Positions 51,211 to 61,957 of a stretch of 64,000 bases of DNA are shown here, in pieces. Under the pieces are notes generated by a model that had not been told where the DNA came from, did no database searches, and worked only from the letters and a program-made list of their open reading frames with translations. The translations under genes and the position numbers were made by a program. Numbering within the stretch: the first letter of the stretch is position 1; the number at the start of each line of letters is the position of its first letter. The DNA lies in NCBI RefSeq assembly GCF_006345805.1, contig NC_043001.1, forward strand, positions 99,386,001 through 99,450,000, in the 5' to 3' direction. Source of the stretch: Octopus sinensis. Its lineage: Eukaryota.

Positions 51211-54200
51211 GTAAGAATCATTATGTATTTTTCATTTCAATAATTTTATTAATTTATGTATTAAAAACCGCACACGCCTTATTTGTTGTAGTATCTCCAA
51301 GTATAAGTATAAAATTAAATTTTATAACCAGCATGGTCACAACGGGCCGCTTAAATGCTGTATTTATTACCTTGTACCTCAGTAATAAATAAAAGCAAAG
51401 CAAGTTCAGCCCCCACTGCCTTGGTTGACAAGACAAGTACCCGTGACAAACACTCTAAAAACGTTGGCATTATAAATAGTGATAGTATATCATATTTAAC
51501 TCCACTCACCGCACAATTTGAATATATGTCATGCCATTACTGTTGTATGTAAACAGTATTTCTTTTTCGGTAATTATGAAATAATTTTAGGACTTTTCGT
51601 TTAAGGTGTCTAAAATCCTGACATTCAAAAATTTATTAGGAAAGTATTACGTAATATACTAATCTCGAATCTAGTAGATGAAGGCCATAAATAAATTGTA
51701 AATTCCAAGCATTAAAAACGTTGCGTAGATTAGTGATGCCAGATCTAATAAATGAAGACAATACATGATAGTTTTTTTTAAAAGTTTACACATATATAAT
51801 AAACCGGGTATCATAAGTTTTTTTGGAAATTGAAATTTCTAACTAGGACAATCCAGTTTATATATATATATATATATATATGCACACGCACATGACTGCT
51901 TTTCAAAACTCATTCATAAACCACCATGATACCCACGTGTTACTTCAGTTACGCTCCCTTTTCACGAATTTCCCATCACTTTCGACTTCGTAAAATGGCT
52001 TCTTTTCAATAATTTTGCATTTCTCTCCATATTTCAGTTTAAGAAGTATGTGTATTTCACACATTATATATATAAGTAGATTTCAAATAAAATTATTTGT
52101 ATTGTTCAATCAGATTGTATTTTCTCTTGTCATATTGGGCTTTATTGTTAATTTCTTAAGATCTAGTGAAGTTACTGCGGTGTAGATTGTTCAAACCCAA
52201 GTCAGGCTTATTCGAGCAAATCCACAGTCTTAATTTCAGTAACATATTAATTGGAATATTTTTGATAAAATATTTAATCGTAAATAATAGCTGGAAATCA
52301 TTTGATTCTTCTGTTTGCTCAGTGTGAAACGAAAATCGCAGTGAAATTTTATTCTTTATGTTAAAATAACAATTGCAAGCATTAATTTGAAGTAACTGCT
52401 AATTACCTCGTGTTGTAATATTTCAAAAGGAAACTTCTGAAACCTTTGTTTTCCTTTTCATATTAAAATAAATAAATAAAGGTCCCATTGTTGGCGCTTG
52501 ATCTGCTAGAAATGACTGTCAAATTTCTCTCAAATCGCATATTACAATTTTCAAAACCTAAAAGACATTGGATGATAATGGTCCCTGACATATTCCCTGA
52601 AAGAATATGGGTTGATCTTCAAGGGAAAACTTTCTGCTTGATTTCGGTTAAGTTGGCTCTATGAGTATTTCATACATTTCTCGTTACATTGATTCATCGA
52701 TGCGGGACCATTTCATGTCGCCCGATGATCCAGTTACATACTTTAGCCGTCTTTTGATACGAGACCAATAGGCCCCCATGTGGTTCGTGCAAGCGCCAAT
52801 TTCAGGGTCGACGAAATTCTTTGAAGGGTTAACTGTTCTGTGAATGCAACCCAGCTGTTGTATGCTGGCCCATTTGTCTGTATGTATTATAGTACCGGGT
52901 AACACATTTTCAATTATAACAGCTTCTAGTGTTGCTGCGCTTCTGTCGGGTACACGCTGTAGAAATCCTTTTTTCACAGTGGTGTCATAGCATCCGACGA
53001 CAACCCACGTTTGATGGCCTGTTCTCCCTACGTGGCTCTTCCTTTGAAAGAGCAAGCTCTCATCTATTTCTACCTCATGACCGAGCGGAGTTTGTCTCGA
53101 AGCATCTTCCCCGAACATACTTCTCGACAAAACTCCTACCACTGGATCGCGGTTTTGTTATCTACTCCGCAATAGATATAGGTGCCTTAAACACGAAATG
53201 GAAGACAGTGTGAACTATTTTCTGTAAGGACAACTTTGACTTTTCCATAAGTCTTTTTATCCTTATAGATATATTTTTCTTACAGTTTCCGTACCGTCAC
53301 ACAAATCCATCCACCGATCTGGCCGACGTCTCCAAAAGTCATATCGTGTGTGCAAACACGTTTTACTGGTGGCAATAATGCCGTTGGTTTTCAAAAACAC
53401 CATTATTCCTTTGTTTTCGCCAAAAAAAATTTCCGGGAAAAGTGAAAAATGTGGAGGGGGGATTGAAATTTTGAAGTTGCGATTTTTGAAAAAAAAAATT
53501 TCAGAATCGGAATCTCCATAGCCTAAAACGTGGGATTCCATAACAAAAGAAATTCAAGGAGGGAAGGGTTCCATTTACATATCCTCCATCTGGACCGTCA
53601 TGTAATGCCTCCTAGGTAAGGAGTAGAGCATTTCAACCCATTTCTGTAAAAGGCTGTTGGTTGTCAAGTTTGCTGCAAGGCTTTCAAAAGTTTATAATTG
53701 AAGCGGATTCTCTAGTGTCTTCTGGATACAGATTATCGGATCTTTTCACTTTGACCGGCAGATTTTAATAATAATTTCTTTGTAATTAAACACTTTTAAA
53801 CTTCGTATACTGGTAGTGTGTTACATAAAACATCTTTTTCTCTTGGCTTTCTTGAGAAAATTCTGTAGTTTGTAAGCTATTTGTTGTTTAATTTCTTGCA
53901 TTTCGGCAATTTCAACCAATCAATGACGTCTATTGAGGTGAATATCTGCCGTATTTTGTCAACATTTTCTGCTGGTGTCATATGAATTTGTCACTGTTAT
54001 TTATGACATTTCATATCAGTTACGTTCGTATGAATAAAAGATTATCGTTATTAAACTTTTATTAATAAACACATATTCTAAGTTCACAACATATGCAGTT
54101 TTAATTTCCCTCTCTGTTGCACAGATACACACATTACATATATATTCGTTTAAGAAACAGATTGGGTTTATTTACATTTCTGAAGAAAAAAAAAGATGTC

Positions 54201-57200
54201 CTTCCCTCCATCCCTAACCCTAACACAGATTGAAATGCAATAGATCGATACTAGGGTCATAATTATGGGTGGACACTAAAGAGGGAACGGTTTTATCCAG
54301 CTCTGTTTACGAATGACCCCTCAGTTTATGGCCACAGGGTATCTTTTTTTCTCATAAATAACAGTGACAAATTCATATGACACCACCAGAAAATGTTGAC
54401 AAAATACGGCAGATATTGTATTCACGTCAATAGACGTCATTGATTGGTTGAAATTGCCAAAAGGCAAGAAATTAAACAACAAATAGCTTACAAACTGCAG
54501 AATTTTCTCAAGAAAGCCAAGAGAAAAAGATGTTTATGTAGCCCACTACCAGTATACGAAGTTTAAAAGTGTTTAGTTACAAAGAAATTATTTTAAAATC
54601 TGCCAGTCAAAGCGAAAAGATCCAGATTATCTTCTCGTTACCAATAGCAATCAGAATCATATTAAAGGGAACAGTGTTGCAATCTGTTCAGTTCTTTGTG
54701 TTGTTGTCCAGACCTGAGATGACTGGAAAGAAATGAAGCAAGCATATTCCGTTGGATGTGCAGTGTATGTGTGCGTGAAAGACTTAGTGAGAGAAAAACT
54801 GAGTATTTAGAAGGGACTGATGTAGTGTGCAAAAAAGAAGACTGAATTGGTATGGACATGTGGATGAGGACAGTGATATAAAGAAGTGCCTATCACTTGA
54901 TGCTGGTGGAACTTGTTGAAGAGAGAGATCCAGGAAGATGTGATAGAATGGTGAAGACTGATCTCAGGACCTTAACCCATTAGCATTCAGCAGAATCGAA
55001 ATCGATCAATGGAAATCGATCAATGGAAATTGCAGATGTGTTACCAGTGCCGGTGGCATGTAAGAGAACTTTCCGTTTCGCGACCGTTGCCAGCACCGCC
55101 CTGTTTCGTGTCCGTTGCCAGCCTCGCCTGGCCCTCGTGCCGGTGGCACATAAAAAGCACCATCCATTCGTGGCCGTTTGCCAGCTCTGTCTGGCACCAG
55201 TGCGGGTGGCACGTAAAAAGCACCCACTACACTCACGGAGTGGTTGGCGTTAGGAAGGGCATCCAGCCGTAGAAACACTGCCAGATTTGACTGGGCCTGA
55301 TGAAGCCTTCTGGCTTCACAGACCCCAGTAGAACCGTCCAACCCATGCTAGCATGGAAAACGGACGCTAAACGATGATGATGATGATGATGATTACTTTA
55401 ACAAGCATAATGCTTATTTATTCACATTGTTTTGAATTAATCATGCATTATCTCATAGTTTCAAGATTTCAATGATGTGTTGTTTTATTCTTAGCCTGGG
55501 GTAAGTAGAAATATTGGATTTGGTCAATTTGAGCGTAAAACAAGTAGAATATTGTCAAATGGTTAAGCCTCATGGAAGAGATGACTGGCAATATGCAGTT
55601 CTCAAAAAGACCCACACAAAACCAAGTTCTGACTGTACTGTGTGTATAGATATATATGCGCAACTGTGCCCTTCACCCAATTTCCTTCCGCCTCAACACA
55701 CAACCAGATACTCTTCTTGTCACCAGCTCTCACCTATTTCCAACCAAGGTAACTCCCTGTGACCAGACATTTTTTTGTGGAAGATTGGAAATGAAGGACT
55801 CTGCTTTCATGACATTGACATTTGTTTACAACTATCAGGTGAAGTGAAGGCAAGGAGACAGTGACACACTTCTACACTCTCACACACACACAAGGCTTCA
55901 GTCAGTCTGTGGCTATAGAAGACATTTTTTCTAGGTGCTATACAGCGGGGCTAAACCCAAAACCATATGATTGAGAAGCAAACATCTTATTACACAGCCT
56001 ATGGGTGGGTATTAAAAGTGGAGGAAGAGGGGAATCAGTTTCTGTATATTGAGTTTTTATATGACAGGACTTTTGAAATTTTAATTAATATACAAATTAA
56101 GTAATGAAATTATAATTTTTCTCACTTGTTATTTTTCATTTTTAGACTGAAGAAGTAAATCCTAAAGCCTATCCATTATCGGATCCACAGTTAACTCATA
56201 GCATTTTGAATCTTGTACAACAGGCCTCAAATTACAAGCAGTTAAGGAAAGGAGCAAATGAAGGTGAGTTTTTAATTGGAAGTATGTGATTGACATGTCA
56301 ACGTTTATAATTGAAACATATTACAACAATATATTTCTAGTCTATATTAAGGGATTATTGCAATGAATAAAGTAAGAAAATACGTCACACTAATTTTTAA
56401 TGTTAATTTAAGGCTAAGTCAGTCCTCTTCAAGCAGACTTGTGATCAAAGACTTTCCAGTTATGACCATTCTAGGTTTTTTCTTTTTCCTGTTATAATTT
56501 AAGATTACGTTAATTGATGTGTCCTTCTTTTTCATCTTTAAATGGTAAGCATTTGAAGAGTGTTTTACTTATTTTTAGCAGGTCAAAATGGTGGTTGAGG
56601 CTTTTTCATTTGCTAAAAAAATTGTGCTTTAATTAAGAAATATAACACATGAAATTAGAAATAGAAGTTAAATAACATGACTATATGTGAAATAGTCCTC
56701 AAAATTTGTCTGCATAGGCAAAGTAAGAAAATAGATATATTACAAAAAAAGAATTTGATATAACTTTAGACAGAATATGAAATGGTATTCATGCATAACT
56801 TAGTTGATGTCTGGGCTCTTTTGGAATTCTTTAAAGTGCAAATATGAAGCTTCAATTTCAAAATCAGACTTTGCATAATTTGCATAGGATGTGTTTTGCA
56901 TTTGAAATAATTTTTTTAAGGTTTAGAAAAGACAATCATTTGAGTATTTATAATGCCTGGCATCAAGCTAAACTTGGGACAAATTTTCAGTCCAGGAATT
57001 TTGCAAGCAACCAATGTAAAGAGATCTTGCATACACATACTAGCTATTTAGTTAAAAGATTACAGGGCCTAGGCAGTAAAGACAATGATATACCAGTACA
57101 TCAAGCTCTGTGTAAGTTCTGTGATAACTTGCCTCTGTAAATAGCAGTATCATTAAAAAAAAATTTGTGTGCCATTAGCTTGCAATTCTCAATTCAGCTT

Positions 57201-60200
57201 TTCCTCCTGTAAATGTGACCTGTAGAGAATTTGTATCCCATTGATTTTCTCTAGAATTCAATATATTATATGATCCCAATCATTAAAAGTCAAGTGATTG
57301 GCTTACCTGGCAACAGGTAAATCATAGAGCTATGATAAATGAAGTAATTCAAGTATTGCAGAAATCAAAGCCAGAGCTATCGTCACTTTACCCTTAAAAT
57401 TGGCGTATTGATTATCTGTTTTGATCTGACTACTTGGTTAACTTCTGTAATCACTATATTTATCCATATTCCACAGGAATTGACTACATGGGCTTTAAGA
57501 GAATTTGGAGTTGAAAAATTATTTAATAGCAACAAGAATGCATAAGTGAGTATGCAGTCATAAAGATGAAAGATGGGACCAGTATTGTATTTGAATGGAA
57601 GATTGATTTTATCAGGCCTACCGACTATTTGTATTTGAGGGTATGCAATTGGGGGAAGGGAAGTTATGTGGGAATTATTCTATGTGCACAATCTAACATT
57701 CATAACAGTGAGTATGTGGATTAAAAGAGGTGATGAATAAGTAGAACAGGCACGGGCACCCTTTTTTTTTTTTTTGAGAAGAAGTGGGCTGCACTGCTAA
57801 AACAATACAAGGTAGTTTTTCGTTAGACATGCCATTCAGAAAGTCCCATGGGATGGGGTTTGCCCATCCCATGACTGAAGTAGAAGAAATATATAGAGGT
57901 AAAAATATGAGATTGAATAGGCGAATATTGGAAAGATGGAAGTGGTGGCAAGTGAGCAGGAACAGGAAGGTGGCAGTGTTAGAGTACAATATGTGCTGAG
58001 TGGCTTGATTTAATGATGTGAGAGGATTATTAACTAGTGCAACTGCTACAGTTAGGTGTAAGCTGTGTATGGAGGGAATACTGAACTGAATCTTGGAAAT
58101 GACATGAAAATAGAGGGTGTGAAAACATTTTGTTGCCTTTCAACAAGCTTTTGTAAGTGGAAAGTGAATCAGGCTGGAAACCAGTTGCTAGAGTAAAGAC
58201 ACAAGGAAGAGGTTCTGAAAACTGAGTACTGTGGTAAGAAAGAAGCGTATTGCTAAAATCATTGAATGAAATGCTTTATACCATAATAAATTGTTTTAAT
58301 GTTTTAAATTATTTTTTACAGTTACAAAAACTCTTAACAGAGGAATATCAGAGTTTATAGTACTTGCAGCAGATGCAGAACCTTTGGAAATATTACTTCA
58401 TCTTCCTTTACTCTGTGAAGACAAGGTCAGTGTCAGTTTTTATACCTATCACAAAGCTCTTTTTTGGAAAAGAGTGGCCATATAAATTGATCTCTTGTAT
58501 ATAATACATGTTTTTTTCTCATTGCCTTGCATTCAGTATGGGAATTTGAACAGTTACCTAAGTTAGTTGAATGTACTTGTTTTTGAAGTTGTGTTTGTCT
58601 TTTAACACTAAATTGAAATGTGATATACCATTTCTGTTTGGTAAGGTACCTGAAGCTGATTTAAAACTTAAATCAAGCAATGTTCTAGAATGTAGCACCT
58701 AACTTTTCTTGTTTCAGTCTAATTAGGAAAGAAAAAATTTATATCTGCTCTGCTTTAAGATACAGAACGAATTAAAATTATTTCAAGATCAAAAATAAAA
58801 ATGTTTTCAAATTTCCAGAGCTGTATCACTCTAAGTAACATCTTGCTGGTTGTCTCCACGCAGTGGTGTTAAAGGGATTTGTGAAGCTATAAAGTAGACA
58901 CTCCTTTCTTGGTTCCCTCACAGCCAGTTCAGAGAGAGTAAAAGAAATTGATTCTAGTATTTTACTGGTATGTCATTTGTCAACCCCTGAAGGGAGAAAA
59001 AAACAAAATTTGCTTCTCCAGGATTTAAACTTGGTCTACAGAGAACCAAAATAAATACTGCAATGTTTCTTGTTGACATGCTAATGCATGTCATTTTGCT
59101 GCACAGTCAGCTTTTATTGATCATATATAAATGAAATGCAAAAGGGTTAAGGTATTAGATTACTGGCTTTGTAATCAATAAGTTGACTCTACAGCTATTA
59201 AATTATACACTTAACAATCAAACTAACTTTGCTTACTCTATCTAGTTTTATCTGTCTGAATAAAAATAGGTTCAACTCTTTTTATTTAAATGCTTAGCCA
59301 TAATAAAAGCAGATGCTCTTAATATTTTTCCATTCAAACATGGGAAAATATATGAAAAGCAATAAAGGAAAACTAGTAAAGCAGTTTATTATATACTTTT
59401 TGTTGAGTTAAACTGTACACCGAATATGATCTCATTGTTAACTGCTTATCAAGCTTGGAAGAACTGAACAGTTCTGCTGTATCTATCAATATTCTTAACA
59501 TATTGATGAAAACCATATATTTGGCTGGAAGTTGGTGAATATTCTTGCTTGTAACTAGTCAAACACTTTTTGTTTAGGGTGGTTGAGTGTGAACAGTAAC
59601 TACATAGAAAAAAATTCTACAATGAAAAATTGAAACTTCTTTCTACTGGTCTTAACCTGTTTGCTACCAGCCCAGCTGAAACTGGCTCTGGCTCTGAGTA
59701 CAAATGCCTTGTTTTCATAAGTTTTGAATTAAAAATCTACCAAACCTTAGTCACAATTTATGTTCCTAACACTAGCTGAATGATAACTAAGTTATTTTAC
59801 TAAATTCTTTGTTATATTTAAAGTAATTGAAAGAAACACAGAGCATCTCAAAATAAATACAGTAATGAAAGGGTTAAGCAAGTGACAATATAACACACAA
59901 ACCACTAAAATTGTGGTGATGCAGGTCACATCTTTCATGGCTTGCAGATATTAAAATCTCTGTTGCTTTGTCAATGCTTGGAGAATTAAGAAAACATTCT
60001 GCACAAACTGAAATATTGGTTATGAGCAATGATTAATACACTGGACACGACAAACCCTGTGCTAACTAACTAACAGTGGTCTTGGAGGTGCAAAGAAAAC
60101 TGGTTTAGGCTTCTGGCACTATTTCATTTCTCACATATTGATATGTGGTGATACAACAGTAACTGCTCCTGCCTCAAATTTTATATTAACTTTTTCTGTG

Positions 60201-61905
60201 CTAGTATGGGTTGACCAGGATTTCTTAAGTCTTGGATCAGATGAACTTCCTGGTACCAACCCTTGTTTTCTAGTAAAGAACTTATACTGGTCTTTACATA
60301 TTGAACTGCTCATCTGTGGAAATGCCATTGTTGCCCAATGGTGTCAGTATGAAGCCACATCGAGACATAGAAACACACGTTATGTGAATATATGATTTTT
60401 TCATTGTTTTAACATCAACTTATCTATGTTCGCATGGATTGAGCAGAATTTGTTGGGGCAGATGCTCTTACTGTCACCAACCGTTGCCTTTTTCCATGTG
60501 AGGTAATATTTCCCTTTGACCAGACATCTTTTCACATATTGGAAATGAAGGACACCACATGCATGACAGTGCTACTTGGTTACTATTATCATGTAATATC
60601 AAGGTAAGGAGATAGTAACATACACAGACTTCTTTCATTTACTATCTACCAAATCCAATAATCCAATGACAAGGCTTTGGTTAACCCAGGACTAGAGAAG
60701 GCTCTTGCTCAAAATACCATGCAGTGAGACTGAATTCTGAACCATGTGGTTGGGAAGTAAACTTACCACAAAACCTCGCTTGTGCCTGTGTGTATGTATA
60801 CATATATGCATGTATGCTTGCACCACTCACCAAGCACTGGCTAACCCAAGGCTGTAACAAGAAAATACATGCCCAAGGTGTCACACTGGGATCAAACCCA
60901 AAACTCTAGACTTTTTGACTACACAGCCATGCTTGCTTCTCACAACACCCATTTTTTTTTTTGTTATCTTACTAAATGTTGATTTAATTAATAAGTTCGT
61001 TTTTTTTCCTTTCCTTCCAGAATGTTCCTTATGTATTTGTACGGTCTAAACAAGGTAAGGACAATACCTTTCATTATTTTTATTATTGGTTCCAATCACT
61101 TGATGTCATTTGGCTTCTAAATATGAGAAAGATTCATGTGTTGCTTGATATCACTACTACCTTTAACCTATCAACATTTGCACTGCAAATTATTTTAAAA
61201 AGTCAACACACTCTTGTATTACTCTTTCCTCTGCCAGACTTAATTCAGTCACTTTGTTTTGTCATACCCTGCTGGGTTATATTGCCTTGAATGAATGGGT
61301 ACAACAATAGAGTAGTAAGAATTCTTTTATACTGTGAGGTACCAAGCAACCTCACTAGTGCTGATGCTACAATGAAATGCATTAAAGACAGTTTATGGTT
61401 AAGAGGACTCTTTAGTCTGATCAAGAACATGGCAATCTTTCTAGTATTGGTATCACAATTGAATGTGCCCGGTAAGTGGTTGGTGTTAGGAAAGATATTA
61501 ACCAAGCCCAAAAGAGAACACACAGATGAGATGTAGTCTTCCAATCATCTACAAGGGCAGTAACTCCATATTAGAACTAACTTAGACTGTGACAGCACAT
61601 TCAACCCATTTCACTGTAGAAAGTGGGCTTAAAATGGTGGTGGTGAATGGTCTTGAAATGATTTTGTGGAGTGAAGAGTAGTTGTATATTGCAGTGTTAA
61701 TGCAGAAGAACAAAAAAGATTTGATTTACAAAATTAATGTACATAGGTGCAGGAGTAGCTGTGTGGTAAGTAACTTGCATACCAACCAGATGGTTCCAGG
61801 TTCAGTCCTAATGCATGGCACCTTGGGCAAGTGTCTTCTATAGCCTTGGGCTAACCAAAGCCTTGTGAGTGGATTTAATAGACAGAAACTGAAAGAAGTC
61901 TGTCG

Positions 61906-61957
<52 letters not shown>

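Noticed and set aside
53560-53680. LHDGPDG resembling the Tc3-type NLDGPDG motif
   Set aside because: Too short and degenerate to call.
57288-57432. Possible box C/D snoRNA (GTGATTG...CTGA); also GTGATGA at 57730 with CTGA at 57875
   Set aside because: C box is non-canonical or terminal stems do not form in the required register; no recognisable rRNA-complementary guide.
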